Shown in pieces: positions 9,004 to 18,779 of a DNA stretch of 64,000 nt. The DNA is from a virus. The position numbers and the translations under genes were made by a program. The stretch lies in the IMG/VR virus record IMGVR_UViG_3300011113_000664, positions 64,001 through 128,000 of that record; one strand, written 5' to 3'. The notes below the pieces were generated by a model that was not told where the DNA came from, did no database searches, and saw nothing but the letters and a program-made list of their open reading frames with translations. Numbering within the stretch: position 1 is the first letter of the stretch; each line of letters begins with the position of its first letter.

Positions 9004-10782
9004 ATGACCAAACATGAACTAATGATGGAGTATGCCAAGTGCGCTATTGATATAGAGTACTTTGCAAAAAAATATTGTAAAGTTTGGGATAAGAAAAAAC
9101 AACAGTTTGTACCTTTTCAATTATTACCACAACAAATTCAAGTATTAGAAACTTACAAAGAAAGTAATAGAGTATTGGTTGCTAAATATCGTCAAGGTGG
9201 TATTACAACTGTAACTTGTTTATATTTAGCACATTCAATTGTTTTCAGAAAAGATATTAAAGTTGGTGTTGCTGCTAACAAATTAAAACTTGCAAAGGAA
9301 AGTATCTTTTATCAAATAGCATCTATTATTAATAATTTACCAAGAGAAATATTTAATAGAATACCAACTGATTCAGATACAAAAGAAATCAAGATTTATA
9401 ACAATGGTGCAACACTACAGGCTTTCGCAGCATCTGCCGATGGTCTTCGTGGTTTTACACCTGATATATTATTTATAGATGAAGCTGCGTTCCTTGAAGA
9501 AGGTGAAGAATTTATGTCTTCTGCATCAGGTACAATGTCAGCAGGTGGTCAGATTATATTAAACTCCACACCAAGAGGTCTTGACCCAACATATTATGCT
9601 CGTTATGAAGGAGCAAGAACAAAGAAAAATAACTTTAAAGTTGTTGAAATTAATTGGTTTGAAGACCCTCGTTATAATGAAGATTTAATTTGGATTAGGG
9701 GTGATGAATTTGTTGAGGAAAAAGACCCTGAAAAATATATGCAATTAAGAGTTAATGGTTATAGACCATCATCTTCTTGGTTTAGAGATATGTGTCAAAC
9801 ATTCAATAATGACCCAAGAAAAATTGCACAGGAATTAGAAAATAAATTCTTAGGTTCAGGTGGTAACCTTGTTGATGAGGAAACCATTATGAGAATTGAA
9901 AAGACTTGTAAAGAACCAATCAAAACAGAGTTTGATAATCACTTTTGGATTTGGGAAGAACCGATATTTGGTTATGATTATTATTTAGCTTGTGATGTTG
10001 CAAAAGGTAGTGGCGATGGTGACTACTCTACAATTCAAATATTTAAAAATGACATGGCAAACATGTTACTTGTTCAAGTTGCTGAATATCAATCAAGAGT
10101 ACCGCTTGAAGTAATGGGTGAATTATGTTTACAATATGGTGAAAAATATAATAATGCTTATGTGATTGTCGATGTTACAGGAGGTTGGGGTATATCTGTT
10201 ATTAGATATTTGGTAAATAAAAAATATAAAAAAATACATTACGATAGGCCAAGACAAAATGATGTAAAGATTCAATTAAAAAATTTACAAAGAGGTGAAT
10301 TACAACCGGGATTCACAATGAAAAATGGTGCTATTCGTGATTATGTTATTAGAGAATTTGAAAGAAGATTAAGAGAAGGTGAAGCATTAATTCATTCAAT
10401 AAGATTACTTAGTGAAATTAAAACATTTGTATTTAATGACAACACAAATAGATATGACCACATGCGTTCAGCACATGATGACTTATTAATTGCAACAGGA
10501 ATGTTATTTGCTGTTTATATGTTTTCTAAAACAATTGGAAATGAATTTAATATTTATTTGAATTATGCAAAGTCAGCAATTGTAAGGAAGGGTGATGAAT
10601 TTACAGATGCAAATGCAGAGTTTCAAAAGAAAATGCTAAGTCAAGATGGACAAGATGTAAATTATGAAAGAAAGAATGATATGATAAAGGGTAAGGATTG
10701 GTATACAAATGGTAACAGCATAGATGTACCTGAACGTCAAACACCAAAAATAAATAATAACCCTTACATATTTGTTAGATAA
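9004..10782 (+). CDS. terL: Terminase large subunit (T4 gp17-like)
   Basis: KYRQGGITT Walker A variant, ILFIDEAAF Walker B, STPRG motif III, ACDVA..G..DYS and HDDLLIA nuclease motifs. Confidence 0.95.
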   Translation: MTKHELMMEYAKCAIDIEYFAKKYCKVWDKKKQQFVPFQLLPQQIQVLETYKESNRVLVAKYRQGGITTVTCLYLAHSIVFRKDIKVGVAANKLKLAKESIFYQIASIINNLPREIFNRIPTDSDTKEIKIYNNGATLQAFAASADGLRGFTPDILFIDEAAFLEEGEEFMSSASGTMSAGGQIILNSTPRGLDPTYYARYEGARTKKNNFKVVEINWFEDPRYNEDLIWIRGDEFVEEKDPEKYMQLRVNGYRPSSSWFRDMCQTFNNDPRKIAQELENKFLGSGGNLVDEETIMRIEKTCKEPIKTEFDNHFWIWEEPIFGYDYYLACDVAKGSGDGDYSTIQIFKNDMANMLLVQVAEYQSRVPLEVMGELCLQYGEKYNNAYVIVDVTGGWGISVIRYLVNKKYKKIHYDRPRQNDVKIQLKNLQRGELQPGFTMKNGAIRDYVIREFERRLREGEALIHSIRLLSEIKTFVFNDNTNRYDHMRSAHDDLLIATGMLFAVYMFSKTIGNEFNIYLNYAKSAIVRKGDEFTDANAEFQKKMLSQDGQDVNYERKNDMIKGKDWYTNGNSIDVPERQTPKINNNPYIFVR

Positions 10783-10792
10783 AATATTTATA

Positions 10793-10802
10793 TCTATTTA
10801 AA
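10793..10802 (+). promoter_or_regulatory. Late-promoter motif TCTATTTAAA (portal)
   Basis: Recurrent motif. Confidence 0.65.
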
Positions 10803-10823
10803 AGAAACGTATTTTAATTAGAT

Positions 10824-12632
10824 ATGGCAGAAGATAATAAAGGTCTATTTTCAAATATTAATACTTTCTTTAGAAGAGCAACCGATGCTTTAGATAGTAC
10901 GCAAGGTAGGCTTGAAGCACCTGTAGAAAAACAATTTATAACAGCAGCTTCTCAAGAAGATGCAATTAAAACAGCAGTAGAAGATGGTGCTATAAAATTT
11001 TATAGAGGTCAAAGTACTAAAATTGATAGAGGAAACGACCAACGCAAGTTGATGTATGAATCTAGTAGAATGATGCTCTACTATGATTACCTATCAATGG
11101 ATGGGTATCCGATTTTAGGTGCTGCATTAGATTTATTATCAGAAGAAGCAACAACTACTAAAAGTGATACAGGACAAATATTAAATATTTATTCATCTTC
11201 TGAAAAAGTTAGAAAAGAACTTGAAAGATTCTTTTATAAAGTTATGGATGTTAATACCAATTTATTTTATTGGTGTAGAAACATGTGTCAATATGGTGAT
11301 AACTTTGTTTATTTAGAACTTTCAAAAGAAAATGGTATTGTAGATTTTAGACAACTTGCATCTCAATTTGTTGAAAGAAATGAAAAATATGATACTAAAA
11401 ATAGATTCAGAGCATTCTTCAAATATAAAGACCCAAACTCAGGTGGTGAAGAAGAATACATGGATTATCAAGTTGCTCACTTTAGATTATTAGGAACAGG
11501 TGATAGACTTCCGTATGGTTGTAGTGTATATGAAAAAGTAAGAAGAACATATAAGCAACTCTTTATGATGGAAGATGCGATGATGGTATATCGTATTACA
11601 AGAGCAGCAGAAAGAAGAATTTATAAAGTTCCTGTTGGTAATGTTCCTCCTGAAGATGTTCCACAAATTCTTGAAGCATTTGCAAACAATGTAAAGAAAA
11701 AGAAATTAGTTGACCCTAAGACAGGTGATATTAACTTTAAATATAATATCGCATCAATGGATGAAGATATCTTTATTGCTGATAGAGGAAATTCATCAGG
11801 TAATTTTGTTGATACACTTCCTGGTGCATCTAATCTTGAAGCAATTTCTGATATTAATTATCTTCGTGATAATTTATTTACAGGTTTAGGAATCCATAAA
11901 ACATTACTTGGTTTTTCATCTGACCAAGCATCAGGTGATGGTAAAAATTTATCAATGCTTGATATTCGTTTTGCAAGAAAAGTAAATCGTATTCAACAAG
12001 CCTTACTTGGCGAACTTAATAAAATTGCAATCATCCATTTAGGACTACTTGGTGGTGATTATGAATCATATATTGATGATTTTAAATTATCACTTAATAA
12101 CCCATCAACAGCATCTGATTTATTACAACTTGAAATTTGGAAATCTAAATTAGAGGTTTATGGACAAGCTACAACACCTAATCAGAATACAGGATTAAAA
12201 CCGATGTCAGAAATGATGGCAAGAAAGAAATTCTTCCATATGTCTGAAGAAGATATTATCAATGACCTTCAAGAGCAAATGCTTGAGTCTAAGATTGGTG
12301 AAGAGGTTAAGGGTGCAGGTATGTTAATTAAAACATCAGGTGTGATGGATAAAATGATTAAATACAAAAACGCAGGATTTAAAGTTGAAGGACAACCACA
12401 AGGTGAACAACAACAAATAGATAATAGTCTTGGAGGTGGTTTAGGTGGTGCTGAAATGGGTGGTGGCGCACCTCCATTAGGCGGTGGACTTGAAGCAGGT
12501 GGTGGCGCACCTCCATTAGGGGGTGGTGAGGGTAGTTTACCACCACTAGCAGGTGGAGGAGGTGGAGCAGGTTTTTTAAGTGAAGAAATATTTAAAAAAA
12601 CTGCTGAATTAGATAGATTAATAAAAGAATAA
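10824..12632 (+). CDS. Portal protein (T4 gp20-like)
   Basis: MEDAMMVYRITRAAERRIYKVPVGNVP and TLPGASNL..ISDINY match gp20 signatures; position after TerL. Confidence 0.95.
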   Translation: MAEDNKGLFSNINTFFRRATDALDSTQGRLEAPVEKQFITAASQEDAIKTAVEDGAIKFYRGQSTKIDRGNDQRKLMYESSRMMLYYDYLSMDGYPILGAALDLLSEEATTTKSDTGQILNIYSSSEKVRKELERFFYKVMDVNTNLFYWCRNMCQYGDNFVYLELSKENGIVDFRQLASQFVERNEKYDTKNRFRAFFKYKDPNSGGEEEYMDYQVAHFRLLGTGDRLPYGCSVYEKVRRTYKQLFMMEDAMMVYRITRAAERRIYKVPVGNVPPEDVPQILEAFANNVKKKKLVDPKTGDINFKYNIASMDEDIFIADRGNSSGNFVDTLPGASNLEAISDINYLRDNLFTGLGIHKTLLGFSSDQASGDGKNLSMLDIRFARKVNRIQQALLGELNKIAIIHLGLLGGDYESYIDDFKLSLNNPSTASDLLQLEIWKSKLEVYGQATTPNQNTGLKPMSEMMARKKFFHMSEEDIINDLQEQMLESKIGEEVKGAGMLIKTSGVMDKMIKYKNAGFKVEGQPQGEQQQIDNSLGGGLGGAEMGGGAPPLGGGLEAGGGAPPLGGGEGSLPPLAGGGGGAGFLSEEIFKKTAELDRLIKE

Positions 12633-12665
12633 TAATTTATACTATTTATATTAAACACAAAAAAA

Positions 12666-13430
12666 ATGGTAAATTTTGGTAATGTCAAGTCAAAATTAAA
12701 TAAAGCTTATTCTCAAGATTTAATTGAAAATACAAGTAATTATAAAAAACTGTATGAAGAGTTTTTAAAAACAATTAAATCATCCACTGTTCTAATGTTA
12801 GAATATACAATTTATGAGAATTTAAAAAAACATAATCTTGAATACAATGAATCACTAAGATTCATTGAAGCTAATATTTCTGCTTTATCTAAAATTGACA
12901 AAACTGAATTACTAAAAGAAAATAAAAAACTTGAAAAGTTTGATTTAAAAGAAATAGAATTATCAGAAGATAAAATTCAATTAAATCAAAACATTGAAAA
13001 TGTTATTAATGAAAGTGTGTTTAAAAAAATAACCAATGTTAATAAACTTCATGAATCTGTAAATTTTTTAATTGAATCATTAACAAAAAAAGATGAAACA
13101 AAATTAGAAAAGACAGATAAAGGATTTAAGGTTAGTCATATTTTTCATTTAGCTAAAAAGAAATTAGAAGAGAAATTTTCAAATCTTCAACCTGATGAAA
13201 TGGAAATTATTTCAACTTTTATTAAAGGTGATGAAAAAAAGAAAAAAACAGTTTTTGAAAATTATAAAAAGACAACAAAGAATTTTCTTCTAAATGAAAA
13301 AGATAATATTAGTTCAGAGGTATTAACCGAAACATTTGATTTTATTGATACTTTGGAATATGATTCTGAAACAGCTATTAATAACTTGTCCAAACTTTTT
13401 GAGATTAAAAATCTAAACTCAAACAAATAA
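12666..13430 (+). CDS. Putative prohead core protein
   Basis: Lies between portal and protease; helical, with LIE/INE/LHE sites. Confidence 0.6.
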   Translation: MVNFGNVKSKLNKAYSQDLIENTSNYKKLYEEFLKTIKSSTVLMLEYTIYENLKKHNLEYNESLRFIEANISALSKIDKTELLKENKKLEKFDLKEIELSEDKIQLNQNIENVINESVFKKITNVNKLHESVNFLIESLTKKDETKLEKTDKGFKVSHIFHLAKKKLEEKFSNLQPDEMEIISTFIKGDEKKKKTVFENYKKTTKNFLLNEKDNISSEVLTETFDFIDTLEYDSETAINNLSKLFEIKNLNSNK

Positions 13431-14131
13431 TGAAAGAAATACAACTACTAAAAGAAGGACAGGAAGGATATGGTTTATTAGTAGAAACTGATGCAGGTAT
13501 TATTAGTAATGATTTAACCATAAATAATAAAAAAATATTTGAAGATTTAAATTCAAAATATAGAAGAAATGATTTTGATGGTCATTTCTATATTGATTGT
13601 AAACTTCAGGAAGCTGATGTGTTAAATCGTAATGGAAGAGTGTATCCAAGAGAAATATTAGCAAAACAAATAGATGAATATCAAAAACTTATTAATGATT
13701 ATGCAGCACTTAATGAGGCTGACCATCCCGAAAGTGTCACCATTTCTTTACAGAATATATCTCACAGAATCGCAAAAACTTGGTGGTCAGGTAATGCTGT
13801 TTTTGGAACTCTTGATATTATCGTTAGCGATTCATTCATGAGAGATGGTATTGGTTGGACAATTGGTGATAAAATTGCTCTTTACTTGCAAAGAAATCTT
13901 AAACTTGGTATTTCTTCAAGAGGATTGGGTAGTGTTAAAAAAGTAGGTGGAAAAAATATTGTTCAAAATGATTTTGAACTTATTTGTTTTGACTTAGTAG
14001 CGACACCATCTACACCTAATGCTTATTTATTTTTGGAAACAAAAAATGATACTTTAAAAGAATCTGTAGAAATACAAAACAATAATGTAAAAAAATATGA
14101 TGATTCAATAAGAAAAATAATTGGTGGTTAA
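13430..14131 (+). CDS. Prohead protease (T4 gp21-like)
   Basis: NRNGRVYP, EADHP, ISH, LGISSRGLGS, FDLVATPSTPNA. Confidence 0.95.
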   Translation: MKEIQLLKEGQEGYGLLVETDAGIISNDLTINNKKIFEDLNSKYRRNDFDGHFYIDCKLQEADVLNRNGRVYPREILAKQIDEYQKLINDYAALNEADHPESVTISLQNISHRIAKTWWSGNAVFGTLDIIVSDSFMRDGIGWTIGDKIALYLQRNLKLGISSRGLGSVKKVGGKNIVQNDFELICFDLVATPSTPNAYLFLETKNDTLKESVEIQNNNVKKYDDSIRKIIGG

Positions 14132-14166
14132 TTTTTTTACTAATTAAATATAGATAATAAAATAAA

Positions 14167-16140
14167 ATGAATAATAAAAAATCTTTATTACAAGATAGTT
14201 TGCAAGAACTAGAAAATATCAAGAATGAATCTTTGGAACTTGCCAAAGAACAATTGATTAATGAAAGTGCTGACTTGTTAGAAAAAAAATCTGCTGAATT
14301 ATTTGAAAAACTAATTGCAGGTGAAGATGTAGAAGAAGAAAGCAAAGAAGAAGAAAAGGAAGAGGACAAAGAAGAGGACAAATCATTAAATGAAATATTA
14401 AATGAACTTAAAGATTTCTCAGATGAAGAAGATGAGGATGAAATGTCTGATGATGAGGATGAAATGGAAGATTCAGAAGATGAAGAAGAAATGTCATTAG
14501 ATGCTTTAAGAAAAGCAGCAGAAGAACAAGGTTTTAAATTAGTTCAAGCCGATTCTGATGAAGAAGATATGGAATCAGATGAAGAAGATATGGAAGATTC
14601 GGAAGATGAAGAAGAAATGGAGGATTCGGATGATGAAGAAGACATTGAATTTAATGATGAAGAATCGGATGATGAATTTTCTGATGTTGATGTTGATGAT
14701 AAAGTCTTAGCTGAACCAAGTGATGAGGAAGAAGAGAAAGAAGAAAGCTTTCAAAAAATAAATGAAAATTTTAAAAGAAATAATACTAAAATGAGAAATA
14801 CAAAAAAACAAGTTTTAAAAGATTTAAGAGATGTAAGCTTTAATAAATTGGTTGAAGCATATTACAACATGGGGGATAATGATTCTTTCATTATTAAAGA
14901 AAATGAATATATAGATGAAGATTTATATGAAGGTGACCCAAATGATAAATATGATGATTATGCACCAGACCCTGATTCTGAATATGAAAGAAGATTTGAA
15001 ATTGATTCAGATATGGATGAAACTGAGCCTTATGATGATGAAGAAATGGATGATGAAGAAATGGATGATGATATAATATATGAAATTGATATGCCTGAAG
15101 GTAGGTATGACATGGAATCAATGTCTGATGAAGGTTATGAAATGACTGATGAAGATATTAATGAAATGCTTGCTGAAATGGGTATAGATGAAGATGTACC
15201 TTCTAGAGAGCAAGGTTCTGCTTATCGTACTCAAGAAAAACATAGACATTTTAAAGGCGATATTCATAACTATCATGATGAACTTGAAGAATCTATTGCT
15301 ACTAGAACAAGAGATAAATTTGTTAAACAAGGTCTTGGTGGTCATACTTCTGCTGAAAAAACTGAACTTGAAGAAATGTTTGAAGAAATGTCAATGGAAG
15401 AATTGATGGAAATGGAAAGAATGCTTCAAGAAGATGGGGATGGTGCTGAAGAAGGGTTTGAATCAGGTCAAGATGGACAAGGTGGTGCTGCTATGTCTAA
15501 ACATGCTAGATTTAAAAAAGATTATATGGATAAGCAAGATTTAACCGAAGCTGAAATTGAAGAAATATTATCATCAATGAAAGAAGAGGAAGATATAGAA
15601 GAAGGTATGTCTTTAAGACGTTCTCAAGCTAATAAACATCAAGCACCTAGTCCTAGAAATAGAGAAGAAAGAATCAGACCATTAGCTGAAGAAGATATGG
15701 AAGAAGTTGAATCTTTAAGAGAACAACTTAAAAAACTTAAAGCTGAAAATAAATCCTTGAATGAAGGTTTTACAAATAAAGTTAAATCATTAGAGAATAA
15801 AGTCTATGATGTAACGATTAGTGCATTAAAAGCAGGATTTGTAAACAAGTTTTTACTTGAGCATCCTTTAAGAGAGAATGAAAAATTACAAATCATTCAT
15901 CGCTTTGCAAATGCACAAACTAAAGAGCAAATTAAAGAAACTTATATTTCATTAACAAATGAGTTTGCAAAAGGGCAAACAGTTAAAGATGGTTCAATGT
16001 TGAATGAATCAGTACAAAATAAAGTTGGTAAAGTTCATAGAACTGACAATGTAGTTGTCACGGAAAAGAACTTGATGAACGAAAATGATGAAACTAATAG
16101 GTTTAAACAATTACTTAACTATAATTTTGGTAGGAAATAA
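14167..16140 (+). CDS. Prohead scaffolding protein (highly acidic)
   Basis: Lies between protease and MCP; D/E-rich low complexity with a coiled-coil C-terminus; late motif at 14139-14148. Confidence 0.8.
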   Translation: MNNKKSLLQDSLQELENIKNESLELAKEQLINESADLLEKKSAELFEKLIAGEDVEEESKEEEKEEDKEEDKSLNEILNELKDFSDEEDEDEMSDDEDEMEDSEDEEEMSLDALRKAAEEQGFKLVQADSDEEDMESDEEDMEDSEDEEEMEDSDDEEDIEFNDEESDDEFSDVDVDDKVLAEPSDEEEEKEESFQKINENFKRNNTKMRNTKKQVLKDLRDVSFNKLVEAYYNMGDNDSFIIKENEYIDEDLYEGDPNDKYDDYAPDPDSEYERRFEIDSDMDETEPYDDEEMDDEEMDDDIIYEIDMPEGRYDMESMSDEGYEMTDEDINEMLAEMGIDEDVPSREQGSAYRTQEKHRHFKGDIHNYHDELEESIATRTRDKFVKQGLGGHTSAEKTELEEMFEEMSMEELMEMERMLQEDGDGAEEGFESGQDGQGGAAMSKHARFKKDYMDKQDLTEAEIEEILSSMKEEEDIEEGMSLRRSQANKHQAPSPRNREERIRPLAEEDMEEVESLREQLKKLKAENKSLNEGFTNKVKSLENKVYDVTISALKAGFVNKFLLEHPLRENEKLQIIHRFANAQTKEQIKETYISLTNEFAKGQTVKDGSMLNESVQNKVGKVHRTDNVVVTEKNLMNENDETNRFKQLLNYNFGRK

Positions 16141-16159
16141 TAAAAAAAGAAAAAATCTT

Positions 16160-16169
16160 ACTATTTAAA
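16160..16169 (+). promoter_or_regulatory. Late-promoter motif ACTATTTAAA (MCP)
   Basis: Recurrent motif; both flanking genes are on +, which fixes its orientation. Confidence 0.75.
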
Positions 16170-16194
16170 TTAAATTAAAAAAACTTAAAAAATT

Positions 16195-17958
16195 ATGTAC
16201 GGAATTACCGAAATCCTTAACTCTGGAAAAGTTGGTCAAGAATACCGCCAACTTAGAGAACAGCGTGAATTGATTACCGAAAAGTGGAATCAGTTCGGCT
16301 TGCTTGATGGCCTTGAAGGTCACATGGCTGAAAACATTGCTCAATTGTATGAGAACCAAGCTTCTTATCTCATTAACGAATCTACTGATGCTACATCTTC
16401 AGGTTCTTTTGAGACAGTTGCGTTCCCAATCATCAGACGTGTTTTCCAAAAATTACTTGCAAACGAAATCGTATCAGTTCAGGCTATGAACATGCCGATT
16501 GGTCGTTTGTATTTCATTAACCCTAAAATCTCTGTTAGAACTAACAATGCACATTCTCCATTTGATGGTGTATTTAATAATGCTGCTAACAACTATAACC
16601 CTGCAAACCATGCAACAAGTCCATACACCAAAACAGGTGGTACAACTTTTCAAACTACTTCTCTTTACGATTCTTTCTATAACACAGGAAGTTCTTTAGA
16701 TGATGATGGTGGTCTTTTTGATAGAACTAAGGGTACGATTTATACAAATAGTCCTACTTTACAAGTAATGGCAGGTTCTATTCTTTCAGGTTCGGTTGCT
16801 TCTAGAGTAACAACTAGATTAACCGGTTTTACTACTACTAACGAAGGTAAATTACAAGGACCTGTTGGACTTCCAGTTGATACTGAGTCTTTTTTAATGG
16901 GTCTTAAAGTTACTTGTAATCAAACTTTGATTGCAAGAGTTGGTGATACTAGTTATAATATTAATGCAGGTGATTCTATTCCATTTAGAGTACCAATGCA
17001 AGCATATGGTAAAGAATTAGTGGCTAAAGGTACTAATTATATTACTCTTGAGCTTTTATTAGATGGTCCTAGTTCAGCAGGTGTTTATGGTGTAAGTCCA
17101 AGTACTGCAACTACAGGTGGCTATTCTGCTTCTACTGGTCCATTAGCATTTACTGCTACTTATAGAATATATTCTCCTATGGAAGAAGATGCTAATATTC
17201 CTCAAGTAACATTTACTTTCGATTATATTGATGTATCTGTTGAGAAAAGAATGTTAGGTGCTACCTTTACACCTGAACTTCAGCAAGATGTTAATGCTTT
17301 CCACTCAATTGATGTTGAAGCTGAATTAACTGCTCTTCTTTCTGAGGTTGTATCAGGTGAAATTGACCGTGAAATTCTTCGTGACCTTCGTAAATCTGCT
17401 TCCCATGTTGAATTCTTCGATTGGGGTGGTTATGACAGAAGAATTACTTCAGGTGGTCTTGCACTTACTCGCAAAGATTATAACCAAGATTTGATTACTA
17501 AGATTAACCAAATCTCTGCTAAAATCATGAAATTCACTCTTCGTGGTGGTGCTAACTGGGTTGTATGTTCTCCTGAAGTTGCTGCAATCTTTAATGACCT
17601 TGAGTACTTCCATGCTTCTGATGCTTCTGCTGAAGAAACTAAGTTCTCTTTAGGTATTGAGAAAGTTGGTAATGTAGCTAACAGATACACAGTATATGTT
17701 GATGCTTATGCTCCTGCTGGTGTTGTTCTTGTAGGACACAAAGGAGATTCAATCTTCCATGCAGGTTACATCTACGCTCCATATGTACCGTTGATGCTTA
17801 TGCCTAAAACCATTAACCCTGCTGATTTCAAACCTGTAATGGGTATCATGACTCGTTATGCTAAGAAGGTTGTTAACAACAGGTTCTATGGTAAAGTAAT
17901 GGTTCAGGGTCTTCCTGTTGCTTCTCCTAACGAATTCATGTTAGATACAATTTCCTAA
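16195..17958 (+). CDS. Major capsid protein (T4 gp23-like)
   Basis: PIIRRVF..LLANEIVSVQAM..P.G, ELQQD..AFH.IDVEAEL, EIDREI, AGYIYAPYVPL, GIMTRY. Confidence 0.97.
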   Translation: MYGITEILNSGKVGQEYRQLREQRELITEKWNQFGLLDGLEGHMAENIAQLYENQASYLINESTDATSSGSFETVAFPIIRRVFQKLLANEIVSVQAMNMPIGRLYFINPKISVRTNNAHSPFDGVFNNAANNYNPANHATSPYTKTGGTTFQTTSLYDSFYNTGSSLDDDGGLFDRTKGTIYTNSPTLQVMAGSILSGSVASRVTTRLTGFTTTNEGKLQGPVGLPVDTESFLMGLKVTCNQTLIARVGDTSYNINAGDSIPFRVPMQAYGKELVAKGTNYITLELLLDGPSSAGVYGVSPSTATTGGYSASTGPLAFTATYRIYSPMEEDANIPQVTFTFDYIDVSVEKRMLGATFTPELQQDVNAFHSIDVEAELTALLSEVVSGEIDREILRDLRKSASHVEFFDWGGYDRRITSGGLALTRKDYNQDLITKINQISAKIMKFTLRGGANWVVCSPEVAAIFNDLEYFHASDASAEETKFSLGIEKVGNVANRYTVYVDAYAPAGVVLVGHKGDSIFHAGYIYAPYVPLMLMPKTINPADFKPVMGIMTRYAKKVVNNRFYGKVMVQGLPVASPNEFMLDTIS

Positions 17959-17979
17959 TCTAACTTAGAATAAAAAATT

Positions 17980-18008
17980 AAGGGGTAGATTTTTCTACCC
18001 CTTTTTTT
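17980..18008 (+). terminator. Rho-independent terminator after MCP
   Basis: AAGGGGTAGA-TTTT-TCTACCCCTT followed by a T-run. Confidence 0.9.
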
Positions 18009-18027
18009 ATTTACTATTTATAATAAA

Positions 18028-18426
18028 ATGATTAAGGTTTCTTATTCTAAAAAAATAGACAATTTAAATCCTGCAAAATTTAAACATTTAAAAATGTTTT
18101 TAAAGTTTTGTAGGGATGAGTTAGGTATTACAAATGAGATTAGAATATTTTTATTAACAAGAAAAAATAATTTAAATATAACTACAGGAGGTTATAACCC
18201 ATCAGACAAATGTGTTTATACTATTGCTGAAGCAAGACAAATTGCTGATATACTTAGGACAATAGCACATGAACTTGTTCATCAAAAGCAAGACTTACAA
18301 GGCAAAATCAAAGGGGATATACCTGATATTGGTGGTGTAATAGAAGATACGGCCAATGCTATAGCAGGTAGATTGGTTAAGATGTATGTCAAGAAATACG
18401 ATTCTAGAGAGATTTACTCTCTATAG
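18028..18426 (+). CDS. Zincin-like metallopeptidase (HExxH)
   Basis: LRTIAHELVHQKQ and downstream IEDTANA; own late motif at 18013-18022. Confidence 0.75.
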   Translation: MIKVSYSKKIDNLNPAKFKHLKMFLKFCRDELGITNEIRIFLLTRKNNLNITTGGYNPSDKCVYTIAEARQIADILRTIAHELVHQKQDLQGKIKGDIPDIGGVIEDTANAIAGRLVKMYVKKYDSREIYSL

Positions 18427-18707
18427 ATTATATAAGCACTAATTCCTTGCGATAAAAAGATATAATACCAAGGAATTGCTGTAAATAAACAAAATACTGC
18501 AAACACAAAAAAACAAACCCATACTGAAAAGCATTTAATGCAAGTTCCAAGAGGCTTTGCTAATTTTTTTGATATTGGTTCAATATATTTCAATAAAAAT
18601 ATATAATACCAATCAAATATATTTCCTTCATTAAAAGAAAAATCCAATACTCTAGTTAATTGAGCCGAACAAAACCCAATTACTAATGATAAAAATATAT
18701 GTTCCAT
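18414..18707 (-). CDS. Small membrane protein with CxxC (DUF1360-like)
   Basis: Hydrophobic helices and LGTCIKCFSVW, resembling the L..CxxC..VW signature. Confidence 0.6.
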   Translation of the reverse strand: MEHIFLSLVIGFCSAQLTRVLDFSFNEGNIFDWYYIFLLKYIEPISKKLAKPLGTCIKCFSVWVCFFVFAVFCLFTAIPWYYIFLSQGISAYIIYRE

Positions 18708-18778
18708 TATCTTCTAGGTCTTCTAACGGTAACTGTTGGTTTTTGAGTTGAACCACAACCACATCCTCTATTTTCCAT
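18707..18778 (-). CDS. 23-aa Cys peptide MENRGCGCGSTQKPTVTVRRPRR (unannotated)
   Basis: Fills the gap exactly: starts 1 nt after the upstream stop, and its TAA overlaps the next ATG (TAATG). Confidence 0.7.
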   Translation of the reverse strand: MENRGCGCGSTQKPTVTVRRPRR

Positions 18779-18779
18779 A

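Noticed and set aside
7439-15120. CRISPR-like or non-coding repeat arrays
   Set aside because: The repeats are in-frame coding low-complexity tracts (ETPAEE, EDEEEM, GGGAPP) with no repeat-spacer periodicity.
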